Positions 39,147-53,679 of a DNA stretch of 64,000 nt are shown here, piece after piece (the stretch's first letter is position 1; each line of letters begins with the position of its first letter). Source of the stretch: Eledone cirrhosa (taxonomy: Eukaryota); NCBI GenBank assembly GCA_964016885.1, contig OZ024749.1, positions 5,704,001-5,768,000 on the forward strand, in the 5' to 3' direction. The position numbers were made by a program, and so were the translations under genes. The notes below the pieces were generated by a model. That model saw nothing but the letters and a program-made list of their open reading frames with translations, did no database searches and was not told the origin of the DNA.

Positions 39147-39939
39147 TTGTTCTGAGTCTCTGTAACTAAGAGTTCAAATCCCATTCAAATTAGATTCATT
39201 AATTTCCCCCTTCCATGTGAAATATCTGGGAGGCCAGAAGCTCCAATTATGACTTGATGGTTTGTACCAACTTATCTAATCCAAGCCAGCATGGAGACAT
39301 ATATGTATGATGATGATGATGATGATGATGATGAGGTACTTTGTCTTTTGTTTTTATCAGGGTTAATGAAATAACATCCCAGCTCTAGGTCGGTGTTTGT
39401 TGGGATCATCAGAGCTTCAGAAGAGATGCCCTACAGTAATATGTTGCAATAGTTTGCATCTTGAGTTCAAATTCTACATCGAAGTTTCAAATCCCACCCC
39501 TGACCAGGGTTAATCACTCTCACATGACACCACAACTGGGTATTAAACTTGCTAAGAGTAGAGAGTACTGTAGTCCTCTACTACCACAGTCACATGATGA
39601 TGATGATGATGATGATGAGAATAATGATGATGATGATGATGATGATGAGAATAATGACGATGATGATGATGATGATGAGAAATATGATGATGATGACGAT
39701 GATGATAATGATGATGATGAGAATGATGATGAGAATAATGATGATGTTGATGATGATGACAATGATGATGATGATGACGACGATGATAACCATTAAAGAC
39801 AATGCTAACATGTAAAAATGGTGATAATGTTGTGTTCCCTCTTTCTAGATCAATCAGAGGAGCAGAGATGGCATTTATAAACATCTGGGTCTCCAATGTC
39901 TCTTTTAACCCTTTAGCATCCACATTACTCTATATGTCT

Positions 39940-40435
39940 ATCTAAGGCGGGTCAAATTCCCGAGGTCCATGGACGAGTTCTCTCCAGCGGTCTCTGTCCC
40001 TCATTATCGCTGCCATGTCCTGCATCTCCAACAGACCAGTGTCTGTCCTTAGGGCATCAACATACGTTAACCTTGGTCTTCCTCTTCTAGTGTGTCCATG
40101 GTGGATGGGTGCTACACGAGAATGCTGAGGATGGCTCTGAACATTAAACAGTATACACTGAGGGTGAACAACTCAGAGCTGTACGGGAGCATCCCAAAAG
40201 TCAGCTTAAAAGTGACACAGAAGAGACTGAGGTTAGCTGGACATGCTCACCGACACCCAGAGTTGACATGGCACTCTATATATACTATTGTATATATATA
40301 GAGATCCTGGTTGGATACAGTGGCTCCCTACCTGTTTATCATTGTAGTGGACTGTTGTATGCGCCTTGCACTGGAGAAACACCAGGTTAACATATGTTGA
40401 TGCCCTAAGGACAGACACTGGTCTGTTGGAGACAC
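39940..40435. mobile_element. RTE-group LINE 3' fragment with inverted architecture
   Basis: Plus strand 40100-40268 reads DGCYTRMLRMALN..ELYG..RLRLAGHAHRHPEL. Minus strand 40102-39945 reads HGHTRRGRPRLTYVDALRTDTG..MRDRDRWR. Confidence 0.7.
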
Positions 40436-40759
40436 GGGACATCATCATCATCATCATCATCTTCGTTTAACGTCCATTTTCCACGCTAGCATGGGTTAGA
40501 CGGGAGTTGTCCCATTTGAGGCAAGGCTGGTCGGGTGACCGTGTCTCGCTCATATAGGACTGTCTGGCAGGTTTTCTACGGCTGGATGCCCTTCCTAACA
40601 CCAACCACGTTTACAGTGTGGGGCTGGGAGGTTTTTACCATGTTAGCTACATGGCCACATTACAGCGTGGACTGTGTGTGTTTTTTATTTATACTGTGTG
40701 TGTTTTTTTATTTATACATATATATATATACATATATATACATATATATACATATATAT

Positions 40760-40818
<59 letters not shown>

Positions 40819-40879
40819 TATACACATATATATACATATATATATATACATATATATAGATATATATAGATACATATAG

Positions 40880-41000
40880 TGAAGGCGTGTGGCTGAGTGG
40901 TTAGAGAATTGGATTCACAATCGTAAGGTTGTGAGTTCGATTCCTGGACCAGGCGATGCGTTATGTCCTTGAGCAAGACACTTTATTTCACGTTGCTCCT
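40880..41000 (+). mobile_element. SINE family B, 5' part
   Basis: tggctgagtggttag A box, gagttcgattcc B box, and tgtccttgagcaagacact. Confidence 0.7.
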
Positions 41001-41170
41001 TCTACCTGGAGTTGCGACCGATAGATAGTATTAGCAATTGGAAAGACCAACGGAAACATTGTTTCCTCGGTCCGATTTAATGAAAGTCGATCGTTTAAGA
41101 TAGATACATATATATACATATATATACATATATATAGATATATATATATACATATATATATACATATATA

Positions 41171-41222
<52 letters not shown>

Positions 41223-41251
41223 TATAGATATATATATATACATATATATAC

Positions 41252-41304
<53 letters not shown>

Positions 41305-41347
41305 CATATATATATACATATATACATATATATACATACATATATAT

Positions 41348-41398
<51 letters not shown>

Positions 41399-41403
41399 TA
41401 TAT

Positions 41404-41458
<55 letters not shown>

Positions 41459-41647
41459 TATACATATCATACAGACATAACCAGTGTGGCAGCCATTACA
41501 AGGAAGCTTGAATCAGTGGAAAACTTTGCAATTCAAATTATTTTCCTCAGTTCTATATTACCATATTATTTGAAACTAACCTCAAATTGGAAATTTCTTC
41601 AACTTACATTTCTTCACCAGGATGTATCTTCCCTCTCCCTCTCTCTT

Positions 41648-41681
<34 letters not shown>

Positions 41682-41911
41682 GTGTCTCTATCTCACACAC
41701 ACACACAGTGTCTCTATCTCACACACACACACAGTGTCTCTATCTCACACACACACACAGTGTCTCTATCTCACACACACACACAGTGTCTCCATCTCCC
41801 CCCTCTCTCTCTCCCTCTTTCTGTATATATATGTATATATATATATATATATGTTTATATATTTATGTGTGTGTGAGTCTGTGCGCGTTAGATAATGTGT
41901 GTATGTATATA

Positions 41912-42034
<123 letters not shown>

Positions 42035-42062
42035 ACGTTATATAATGTGTGTATGTATATAC

Positions 42063-42112
<50 letters not shown>

Positions 42113-42151
42113 GTCTGCGTGTTTTAGATAATGTGTGTATGTATATATATA

Positions 42152-42222
<71 letters not shown>

Positions 42223-42317
42223 GTACATGTCTGTGTGTTAGATAATGTGTGTATATATATATATATACACACACAATTATGTACACATGAATATGCATAC
42301 CTGTATCTATCTATCCT

Positions 42318-42356
<39 letters not shown>

Positions 42357-42369
42357 GTGTATATATATA

Positions 42370-42433
<64 letters not shown>

Positions 42434-42659
42434 AATATATATATACATATATATTTATATATATATATATACACACATACATATATATATATATATATGG
42501 TCAAACCCTCTCTATCTTTCTCTACCTGTCCCCCTTGTTCACCAGTCTCTCCCAATTAATGTTATATCTCTCCCCTGTCTTTCAGCAGCTACAGCTAGAG
42601 ATATGTTGATATATTGGTATATACTGCATATATTATTACTGAAGCCTCCGTTAACCCTC

Positions 42660-43788
42660 CCCACCACTACCACTAACACCATCACCACCACCAGCACAAC
42701 CACTACCACCTCCACCACCAACATCACCACTACAACCGCTGCCACCAACATCACCACTACCACCTCCACCACCGACATCACCACTACCACCTCCACCACC
42801 AACATTACCACTAACATCACCACCACCACCACCACTACTAACATCACCATCACCACCACCACTACTAACATCACCATCACCACCACTACCACCACCACCA
42901 CCACCACCACTACTAACATCACCACCACCACCACTACCACCATCACCACCACCATCACCACTAACATCACCAACACCGCCACCACTACTAACATCACCAC
43001 CACCACCACCACCACCACCACTACTAACATCACCACCACCACCACTACCACCATCACCACCACCAGCACCACTAACATCACCAACACCGCCACCACTACT
43101 AACATCACCACCACCACCACCACCACGACTAACATCACCACCACCACCACTACCACCATCACCACCACCAGCACCACTAACATCACCAACACCGCCACCA
43201 CTACTAACATCACCACCACCACCACCACCACCACTACTAACATCACCACCACTACCACCATCACCACCACCAGCACCACTAACATCACCAACACCGCCAC
43301 CACTACTAACATCACCACCACCACCACCACCACTACTAACATCACCACCACCACCACTACCACCATCACCACCACCAGCACCACTAACATCACCAACACC
43401 GCCACCACTACTAACATCACCACCACCACCACCACCACCACTACTAACATCACCACCACCACCACTACCACCAGCACCACTAACATCACCACCACCAGCA
43501 CCACCACCACTACCACCACCGCCACTAACATCACCACCACCAGCACCACTAACATCAGCATCACCACCACTACTAACATCACCACCACTACCACCACCAC
43601 CAGCACCACCACCACCACCGCCACTATCGTTACCACCACCAGCACCATTAACATCAGCACCACCGCCACCCCCACCACCACCACCACTAACATCACCACC
43701 ACTACCGCCACTACCGTTACCATCACCACCACTACCACAATCACCACTAACATCACCACCACCACCACCACCACCACTACTACTACCA
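42660..43788. repeat. (CAC)n-derived tract with a higher-order unit of ~110-120 bp
   Basis: Repeating actaacatcaccaacaccgccaccact blocks. Confidence 0.9.
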
Positions 43789-44003
43789 GGCCATGAATAG
43801 TTATTAAGTCTGTCTCTAGACATAGATAAGTTTATGTAATGGTGCCAACCATAGCCCTCTAATGTGATAACTAAGCCAGACAACTACTGTTAGACAATAA
43901 ACCTTTATTACAGGAGCCACAGTCAAGAAGGACGCTACAACAGATGGTTGACAATAAACAATTTCATATACCATCAGTCTATCTCCTTCTAGTCACACAT
44001 ATA

Positions 44004-44077
<74 letters not shown>

Positions 44078-44092
44078 TATATATAACTATAT

Positions 44093-44270
44093 GGAGGCAC
44101 ATGGCTTAGTGGTTAGAGCATTGGGCTTGCAATCGAAAGGTTGTGAGTTCAATTCTCAGACCGGGTGATGTGTTGTTTCCTTGAACAAGACACTTTATTT
44201 CACATTGCTCCAGTTTACTCAGCTGTAGAAATGAGATAATAGGACTGGGGTCCCTATCATTCCACTTTGG
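44093..44270 (+). mobile_element. SINE family B
   Basis: tggcttagtggttag A box, gagttcaattc B box, and central domain. Confidence 0.8.
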
Positions 44271-44414
44271 ATAACCTAAGATGTGGGTTCGACTCCCATG
44301 TACGGCAACACTCATCTTTTTCCATTTCTCAGAGGGTTGGTTATAAACCACACTATCAGGCTAGAAATTTGTTTAGTCTAAAATAATGTGAAAGCTTATA
44401 ATTTCTAATATATA

Positions 44415-44474
<60 letters not shown>

Positions 44475-44511
44475 GGTATGGAAGTTTGCTTGAAGCATTG
44501 TGGAATAATAG

Positions 44512-45163
44512 GTAAATATCTTTAAGTCGTTTGGAAGCCTCAACAATGCAAATGGGTAAATCTCCGGGTAACAAGATCCTGTGGTGGAGAGAGAGATGTA
44601 AGTGGGTGTACGTTGAGATGCGTGGTGTGTATAAGACGTGTAGAGGAATGAAGGAAAGAGTATAAAGGATAAAATAAAAATAAGAACACGAGAGAGAGTT
44701 ACCTTGGGAGAGATTTAATAGTCCCTATATATTTCGGATTCACATACATCAACTGGGGTTTTTTTCCGGGGTAAAGGTTGTCTGTCGGACAGGTGCGAAA
44801 CGCGTCCTCCGCTGTTTGTTGTTTTGAATATCTGGCAGATATTCAAAACAACAAACAGCGGAGGACGCCTTTCGCACCTTTCTGACAGACAACCTTTCCC
44901 CCGCCCCGGAAAAAACCCCAGTTGATGGATGTGAATCCAAAATATATAGGGACTATTAGATCTCTCCCAAGGTAACTCTCTCTCTCGTGTTCTTATTTCT
45001 ATTTTATCCTTTATACTCTTTCCTTCATTCCTCTACACGTCTTATACACACCACGCATCTCAACGTACACTCACTTACCTCTCTCTCTCCACCACCGGAT
45101 CTTGTTACCCGGAGATTTACCCATTTGCATTGTCGAGGCTTCCAAATTACTAAAGATATTTAC
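44512..45163. repeat. ~325-bp-arm fold-back inverted repeat between (TA)n tracts, PLE pLTR-like
   Basis: Centre gaatatctg-g-cagatattc at ~44835; arms highly similar with scattered mismatches; contains GCGAAACGCGTC. Confidence 0.85.
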
Positions 45164-45520
45164 ATATATATATATATATATATATTTATTTGTTTTGCAA
45201 GGTCTTTGATCTGAAATCGTGTGTCAAAACAAATATTTTTATACTTAGGGAGGGTCATATTATTACAACAACAAGGCAATATTATTACAATACGACCCTC
45301 CCCAAGTATAACAATATATATATATATATAATAATAATATTATTTATAGTTATGTATATAATATAAACAACCATAAACAGGAAGGTCAGTCATTTCCTAT
45401 TACCTTACTACCAGTAGGAGAAATATCTCAATGTATGAACCTCAGTTGTTTTACAGAGCAGGGAAAATAAATAAGTTATACAATTATCAAAGGTGTGTTC
45501 AAATCATTTAATAGCTGACA

Positions 45521-45593
<73 letters not shown>

Positions 45594-45719
45594 CAAAAAT
45601 AAATGGAGAAGTCAATACTTTTAAAAACAAAATTTACTTCTCACACAGTGTTTCATCTAAGGCAGAATAGCAATACATATATACATATATATATAAATGT
45701 GTGTATATATATATATAAA

Positions 45720-45784
<65 letters not shown>

Positions 45785-45849
45785 ATATAAATGGAATAGA
45801 ATGAAACGAAATTTCATTTCTCACTCTTAGTACGGCAGTTACCTAAATG

Positions 45850-46220
45850 TAAGTATGTATGTATACGTTCATACATATATGTATACAGACGTACAGTAGC
45901 ATGTATATATATACATACATGCACACATATATATGCACGAATCGGTTTACCGAACATTTATTATAATGCTTGGTTTGTTTGTAAACAAACAAACAGCCCG
46001 AATTACGCCGTACAGTGTTTAGGCAACCACGTCACCTTTTTGTTAAACACTGACACAGGAACGATGTACTAGTTTCAAGCTTATTAGCTATCGTCAACAA
46101 ACCGAGCATTATAATAAGTGTTCGCTAAACCGATATGTGCATATATATGTGTGCATGTATTTATTTATATACATACTACTGTACGTCTGTATACATATAT
46201 GTATGTACGTATACATACAT
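45850..46220. repeat. Inverted repeat (~125-bp arms) enclosing a degenerate hammerhead; homolog of 4440-4930
   Basis: Arms at 45855-45978 and 46096-46218. The spacer contains tactagtttcaagcttattagctatcgtcaa. Confidence 0.7.
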
Positions 46221-46315
46221 ATATACTTACATATATATACATACATATGTACGTATCATCATCATCATTGTTTAGATATGTATATCTATGTATGTGAATG
46301 TATGTATGAATAGTT

Positions 46316-46373
<58 letters not shown>

Positions 46374-46375
<2 letters not shown>

Positions 46376-46758
46376 TGGCTGCCAACTCGTTTTCGAGTAC
46401 GGCCACTACTTTATATCCATGTAGGAGAACGCCTACCGATGCGCTGAACGAGTGTGACTTTTTAGTCCAGCCAACGACTTGAAAACTCTGGTACAAACAC
46501 TACACTTGTGACAATTATTGACACATAGTGCTGGGCCCTTGGTACCATGTGATGACAAGTGCAGAGAGATCTCCAGATATAAAGCAATGCCTGTGCCGTG
46601 AAGCTTTTATAGTGAGCAAAGGCACTGCACAAAGCCAGTCCCACTCTCTTAACCAAGATGATATTTACCAAAAAGAAGAACAAGTCAACATCATTGGATA
46701 CCATCAGAGTTGCAGGTGTTATATGAGAGTTTTCCTTCTCCTAGAATTCTGCCTTGAC
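46374..46758 (-). mobile_element. 5'-truncated bipartite RTE derivative
   Basis: Matches 5541-5920; flanked by (TA)n. Confidence 0.75.
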
Positions 46759-46886
46759 ATATATATATATATATATACACTCCAGTAAACATACATATAT
46801 CTATCTAAAGGTTCTAGTAAAGTGGATAACTGAAAGTTATGTGAATCTTATTTGCACATGTATATATTTATATAATTTATATAATT

Positions 46887-46923
<37 letters not shown>

Positions 46924-47139
46924 ATGTACACACATATATGCAAGTACATTTACATATATGTATGCTTGCATATACATGTATCGTCTACACCCATGCTAGC
47001 GTGGAAGATAGACGTTAAACGATGATGATGATGATATGTATACATGTATAAATAAGTATACTTACATATATGTATGCATAGAGACACACATATATATGTA
47101 TACAAATGCATATACTTACATATTTGTATAAATTGCATT

Positions 47140-47518
47140 GAGGCACATGGCTTAGTGGTTAGAGCATTGGCCTTGCAATCGAAAGGTTGGGAGTTCAATT
47201 CTCAGACTGGGTGATGTGTTGTTTCCTTGAGCAAGACACTTTATTTTACATTGCTCCAGTTTACTCAGCTGTAGAAATAAGATGATAGGGACTGGGGTCC
47301 CTATCATTCCACTGCAAAGTGGTCGTGGGAGTGCCACGGCAAAAAAAATGAGGTTGCTGTTAGGAAGGGCATCCAGCTGTAGAAATTAAGCCAGGATCAG
47401 TTCCTATATGGGCAGGACAAGGTCAGCCGACCGGACACTGACCACAACATGACAACCCGTCTAATGCATGCTAGCGTGGAAGAACGGACGTAAAACGGTG
47501 ATGATGATGATGATAATG
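47140..47518 (+). mobile_element. SINE family B, full length
   Basis: tRNA head, central domain, taggaagggcatccagctgtagaaa and (GAT)n tail. Confidence 0.8.
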
Positions 47519-47828
47519 ATATCATAACAAAAGCAAAAAAAATTGGTAATCCACCACACCCATTCACCCACACACCCCTAATGGACATTATTGTATGTTA
47601 TTGATATAAATAAAACTGACATCTTTATATAGAAAAATTATTATATCTATTTATGTATTCAATTTAAACGTCCGTATAGAGCTAGTAAGCCATGACAGAC
47701 TAGGGGGAAGTATCAAGTACTCCTTACAGTTGATAATCAAAAAGAGCTAGTGAGAAAATTAATAAAAGAATGGTTAAAATGAAAAAAGAAAAAAAATACA
47801 ATTTCAAATATTGAAGGCCAATGGGAAG

Positions 47829-48147
47829 CATCATCATCATCATCATCTTTTTACGTCCACTTTTCCCTGCTTGCAAGGGTGGGACGGAACTGATTCTTGC
47901 TTGATTTCTACAGCTGGATGCCCTTCCTAACACCAACCTCATTTACAGTGAGTGCTGGGTGCTTTTTTGCCGTGGCACCTCCACGACCACTTTGCAGTGG
48001 AATGATATGGACCCCAGTCCTATCATCTCATTTCTACAGCTGAGTAAACTGGAGCAATGTGAAATAAAGTGTCTTGCTCAAGGAAACAACACATCACCCG
48101 GTCTGAGAATTGAACTCACCCAATGCTCTAACCACTAAGCCATGTGC
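47829..48147 (-). mobile_element. SINE family B, inverted relative to 47140-47518
   Basis: Reverse-complement match. Confidence 0.8.
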
Positions 48148-48163
48148 CGCCTCATTATAATTA

Positions 48164-48656
48164 CTAACAGAAAACTACCGTTCCGGTGGTTTTCTGCTAG
48201 CATGTGTAGTGTGTATATTGATATTATACACAAGTATATATACATGTAGATATGATACATCAAATAAAATCGTAATTGACAATATATAATACATAGAAAT
48301 TGAACGAAGACTGTGTTACACTGTCTTATGTAATCAGTAACGTAATCCATGATACATTAAAAAATTACGATATTATATATAAACTGCATTAGAAGAAAAT
48401 TAGTGACGGAAATATATGAATGTTTATTTAAGCGATCGCTAACCGGAAGTGTTGACATTTGAAAATTTTAAAGAAGTGAATCTTTAAATAACCAACAAAA
48501 TTATGTATATTTAATCAAGAATAACGAAATTTAGTACATGAATTATGTAATATTGTTTTATTATTTATTCAAAGTAATCCAACTTATTTTACAAACGGGA
48601 TAAAAAAAATACATTCTGGACGCAGTCCCGCACTCCTTTCTTTATTATAGTTTAGA
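48164..48656 (-). mobile_element. Uninterrupted Helitron family B copy (~490 bp)
   Basis: 5' A|TCTAAACTATAATAAA and a 3' hairpin; terminal CTAG is mutated to TTAG. Confidence 0.7.
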
Positions 48657-48777
48657 TTATATATTAACAGAGGTGGGTGGACAGTATCCCTTTAGCTTCC
48701 GAGTTCAAATACCACCGAGGTTAGCTTTGACTTTACGGGGTCAATGAAGTACCAGTATTGTACTAGGGGTTGATTCA

Positions 48778-49254
48778 CCCCTTTAGAATTTACATTCCTA
48801 TCATATATTCATTATAAAGGCTTTATCTCACATAATATGGAATCCATGAGATTTTGATGATGTTATTATTTATTTTGAGAACAATACCTTAACATCAGTA
48901 TGAGTGGCCGGTTATGGCCAGTTTGAACAGAAAGGGGTGAGATAATTCTGTCCAGAAATGGCAGGTTTGAAGAGAAAGGGGTGAGAGAATTCTGGCCAGT
49001 TATGGCTGGTTTGAAGAGAAAGAGGTGAGAGAATACTGGCCGGATATGGCCGGTTTGAACAGAAAGAGGTGAGAGAATTCTGGCCGGATACAGCTGGTTT
49101 GAACATAGAGAGGTGAGAGAATTCTGGCCGGATATGGCCGGTTTGAAGAGAAAGAGGTGAGAGAATTCTGGCTGGATACAGCTGGTTTGAACATAGAGAG
49201 TTGAGAGAATTCTGGCCAGATACAGCTGGTTTGAACAATTTAAATGCTAAAGGG
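48778..49254. mobile_element. piggyBac-type MITE with internal ~41-bp tandem expansion
   Basis: CCCCTTTAG...ATGCTAAAGGG ends; the unit gagagaattctggccggatatggccggtttgaa repeats ~7 times. Confidence 0.7.
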
Positions 49255-49309
49255 TTATTCAACTTTCCTCTTCCCAAAAATACTTAGCTGTGTACCTAAA
49301 TCGGAAACC

Positions 49310-49490
49310 TGGCAGTATCGGTAGAGGGTCGGACATGCTTTCCAGCATAGTTACGTCCCTTTACGATCTGAGTTCAAATCCTGCCGAGGTTAACTTTGCA
49401 TTTCATCCTTACGGGGTCGATAAAATAAAGTACCAGTAATGCACTGGGTAATTGCTGGCCTTGTGCCTAAAGTAGAAACAATTATTATTA
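49310..49490 (+). mobile_element. SINE family A
   Basis: Consensus match. Confidence 0.85.
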
Positions 49491-50169
49491 TTTCTTTTAT
49501 AAGTGTATTGTTGGTGCTTTGATAAAATGCATAGAGCCTGGCCCTGTACTCTAATGTGTAATGTTAGGCTAAAGGAGAAGACCCTTGTGAAAGGTGGTGT
49601 ACAGTGGAATTGAACCCAGAATCAACTGGTTACGAAGACAATTCCTTAACCACACAGCTCTATTTACACCTGTGTTTAGTACAAAACTATCCTTACCATA
49701 TATGATGTAGATGAAGTAAATGAGAAAATAATAAGAACTGTAATGGAGTAGTTGAAACATTGAGGTCTAATTTACCTTTATTTGTCACGTCAACAACTTT
49801 AACAGGAAAGTTGTGATTCTCCAAGGTTTCTGAAGATCACTATTGTATATTGACCCCTTTCACCTCATCTGTTGACCTCCCAAATTGCTTGATATTCACC
49901 TTCGGTTGTTCAGCAGTACTGTTAACACTTATTAACGATGTGTTTCACATCATTTACATACATATATATTCATACAAACACAAACACTTACACATATAAA
50001 CACACATACACACACTGATACACATTCTTACAAACAGGCATACACACATATAGTCACACGCATAAACACACTCACACACACACAAACATATATATACACA
50101 GATACTCTCTCACACACACATACAAACATAAAAACAGTCAAATCTAAACACAGACGAAATCGGAAAGCC

Positions 50170-50630
50170 ACAAACACACATAACTACACACACACCACTA
50201 CACACACATAACTACACACACATAACTACACATAACTACACACACATAACTACACACACACAACTACACACACATAACTACACACATAACCACACACATA
50301 ACTACACACATAACTACACACATAACCACACACACAAGTACACACATAACTACTCACACACAACTACACACAACTACACACACACAACTACACACACATA
50401 ACTACACACATAACCACACACATAACTACACACACATAACTACACACACACAACTACACACACATAACTACACACATAACTACACACATAACTACACACA
50501 CACAAACTACACACACATAACTACACACATAACTACACACACAACTACACACACACAACTACACACATAACTACTCACACACAACTACACAAACATAACT
50601 ACACACACATAACTACACACACACACACAC
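50170..50630. repeat. cacacataacta low-complexity satellite
   Basis: Direct inspection. Confidence 0.9.
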
Positions 50631-50784
50631 GCACTGTTCACAAATAGAAAGAGAGGAATCCTTACATAGGTATAATGGTAGATATTCCAAAAAGAAAATA
50701 ATACAAAATATACAATATAAACAGAAGTGAAGTAGGAGAATGGGATCGATGAGTTAATATCTGTATACAACAACTACAACGGTA

Positions 50785-50970
50785 CGCGATGGGGTCCACC
50801 CACAGCACGGCGGACAGAATGGAGAAGATGTTTCCCCGGAGGACGGCAAGGGAGACGTGCTGGAAAAGCCACTCCAACTCGCGGGGCTCACACCTGCGGC
50901 TGGCCAGCTCAGCGCCAACGGTGGTGAGTAAGGAGGTAGCCCTGGGGCCGACGAGGACACCAGTGTCCCC
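50785..50970 (-). mobile_element. 3' fragment of a CRE-like RLE retrotransposon
   Basis: GVLVGPRATSLLTTVGAELASRRCEPRELEWLFQHVSLAVLRGNIFSIL; homolog of 2060-2280. Confidence 0.6.
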
Positions 50971-51051
50971 AACCCAGTTTGCATTACTGCGTTTTATTGA
51001 TATAAATAAAACTGATATTTTAATATAATTAAATATATTATCATTATCATT

Positions 51052-51478
51052 GGTGGATTGGCAGTATCGGTAGAGGGTTGGACGCCATACTTTGCAGCAT
51101 AGATTTACGGCCCTTTACGGTCTGAGTTCAAATCCTGTCGAGGTTAACTTTGCCTTTCATCCTTACGGGGTCGATAAAATAAAGTACCAGTCACGCACTG
51201 GTGTCGATTTAATCGACTTTCCCCTCCCCCAAAATTGTTGGCTTTGTGCCTATATAGGAAATCATTATTATTATTATTATTGGGCGGTGGATTGGCAGTA
51301 CCGGTAGAGGGTCGGACGCCATGCTTTGAAGCATAGAGTTACGTCCCTTTATGATCTGAGTTCAAATCCCGCTGAGGTTAACTTTACCTTTCATCCTTAC
51401 GGGGTCGATAAAATAAAGTACCAGTAATGTACTGAGTAATTGCTGGCCTTGTGCCTAAAATAGAAACAATTATTATTA
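51052..51478 (+). mobile_element. Two tandem SINE family A copies
   Basis: Consensus matches separated by (TTA)n. Confidence 0.85.
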
Positions 51479-51494
51479 TTATTATTATAAGTGT

Positions 51495-52050
51495 ACTGCT
51501 GCTGTCACAATAAAGAGCACCCAGTCAACCCAACTCTGTAATGCAGTAGAGCCGGTGTCACCATAAAAATTACTCAGTCCTCACTGTAAAGTGGTAATGT
51601 TGGTGCTACCATAAAAAGCACCCAGTCCTCACTGTAAAGTGGTAATGTTGGAGCTACCATAAAAGGTACCCAGTCCACACTGTAAAGTGGTAATGCTGGT
51701 GCAACAATAACAAGCACCCAGTCCTCACTGTAAAGTGGTAGTGCTGGTTCCACAATAAAAAACACCCAGTCTGCACTGTAAAGTTTCAGTACTGGTTCCC
51801 CAATAAAATGCACCCAGCACACACTGTAAAGTTTTAGAGCTGGTTACACGGTAATACACATCCAGCCCACACTGTAAAGTGGTAGTGCTGGTGCAACTAC
51901 AAAAAGCACCCAGCCTGTATTGTAAAGCAGTAGCGCTAGTACCATGATAAAAACCACCTGGTCAACACTATAAAGTGGTAATGTTTGTGTCACCATAAAA
52001 TGAACACAGTCCACACTGTGAAGTGTTGGTGTTGGTATCACAATAAAATG
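51495..52050. repeat. ~48-bp diverged minisatellite derived from the SINE B internal module
   Basis: Unit ataaaaagcacccagtccacactgtaaagtggtaatgctggtgc. Confidence 0.8.
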
Positions 52051-52444
52051 ATGATGATGATAGAAGTGAGGTGTGAGAATTAATAGTCACTATATGTTTG
52101 AAACCTAAAGCTTGTTAAGACTTATGTCCTAATATGGAAGTCTGGTATTAGATCTGATAAACACAATATTTGTGAAACATAAGGCTCATCATGGCTTATC
52201 TCAAGTTCCCATGGCTTTAGGCAACATAATCCTAAATCGATTTCTTGCTTGAAGCTTTACTTAATTCATTCTCTGCTCTTAAGAATTTACCTTTACTTCC
52301 CTTCATTCACATATCTTTCTGCTCACATCAACACACCACACCGGCTGCACTCCACCCCACTACACCACACCAGACCACACACGCAGCACCTTATCTTTCA
52401 GGCCTTCCCACTTTTCTCTCTGTATTATGCACTCAAATTATTAA

Positions 52445-52657
52445 CACTTTAGCATTTAAACCAAATGTATTTGGCCAAATATCTCTCACCCCTTTGTGTT
52501 CAAACTAGCCATAACTGGCTGCTCATACTGACGTTAAGGTATTGTTCTCAAAATAATTAATATCATAGATTCAATAATATGTGAGATAATTATGTATGAT
52601 AATGTCTATACCACAAAAATACAATAGTGTACATAGAGTACTGTAAATGATAAGGGG
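52445..52657. mobile_element. piggyBac-type MITE
   Basis: TTAA on both sides; family body. Confidence 0.7.
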
Positions 52658-52669
52658 TTAAATTCATTT

Positions 52670-53200
52670 CACAGAACTGGATGGAAAAAGTTCAGAGAGC
52701 TTATACCACTATTGGCCGCTAAAGGGTTCTCTCTAAAAATGAAAGGCAGGCTGTATGATGCCTGCATACGAACAGCAATGTTACATGGCAGTGAGACCTG
52801 GGCATTGTGTGCAGAGGGTATACGCAGACTGGAGAGGAACGAAGCTTGCATGCTCCGCTGGATGTGTAATAGTAATATACGTGAACGGCAAGGCATAAAC
52901 GAACTAAGGGAGAAATTAGAAATAAGAGGGATCAGATGTTGTTTACTCGAGAGAAGACTACGTTCGTACGGTCACGTGATGCGCATGAAAGACGACAGCT
53001 GTATAAAAGAGTGCAGGGCAATAAAAATAGACGGTAGCCACGGAGTAGCCAGACCCAGAAAAACCTGGGACGACCTGATAAATTCCGACCTCACACACTT
53101 ACACCTCTCCAAGACAATGTCACTGGACCGAGATCTTTGGCGCTACACAGTAATAGAGAAGACCCACCTTGCCTAAGTACAACGTGAAACCTACTACAGT
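52670..53200 (+). pseudogene. 5'-truncated RTE-clade LINE (post-RT C-terminal region, open frame)
   Basis: WKKFREL..KGRLYDACIRTAMLHGSETWA..LERNE..MLRWMC..RRLRSYGHVMRM..RPRKTW..DRDLWR. Confidence 0.85.
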
Positions 53201-53319
53201 CAGTAGGCACCTCTAACAAAATACCTCCCCCCCCGTCCCACTACCCCCACCCCATCCACACCACCCCCTTAAATGTGAAGTTATGTTGGTACCACAACAT
53301 CCAGTCCGAAACAAATGAG

Positions 53320-53543
53320 GTCGTGTAGGTGTCACGACAAAAAACACACAGTCCACGCTGTAATGTGGCAGTGTAGGTAACACGGTAAAAACCTCCCAGT
53401 CCACACTGTAAACGTGGTTGGTGTTAGGAAGGGCATCCAGCCGTAGAAAACGAGCAGGACAACAAATCTTGCCTCAAGTGGGAAACCTCCCGTCCAAACC
53501 CATGCAAGCTTGGAAGATGGACGTTAAACGATGATGATGATGA
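53320..53543 (+). mobile_element. SINE family B, 3' part
   Basis: ttaggaagggcatccagccgtagaaa and the tail ggacgttaaacgatgatgat. A minus-strand homolog lies at 40441-40680. Confidence 0.7.
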
Positions 53544-53636
53544 TATATATATATATACAAATATTATATATACATATATATATAATATATATATATATAT
53601 ACATATATTATATATACATATATTATATATACATAT

Positions 53637-53679
<43 letters not shown>

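Noticed and set aside
42539-43883. 400-aa Thr-rich mucin-like or Gly-rich ORFs
   Set aside because: A (CAC)n tract is open in several frames on both strands, with no signal peptide, domain or splice evidence.
44093-44165. tRNA gene
   Set aside because: It has A/B boxes but continues into a SINE body and is multi-copy, so it is a SINE head.
49776-49950. Possible minus-strand host exon ending AAAG|GTAAAT
   Set aside because: In-frame stops in the longest frame and no recognisable protein similarity.
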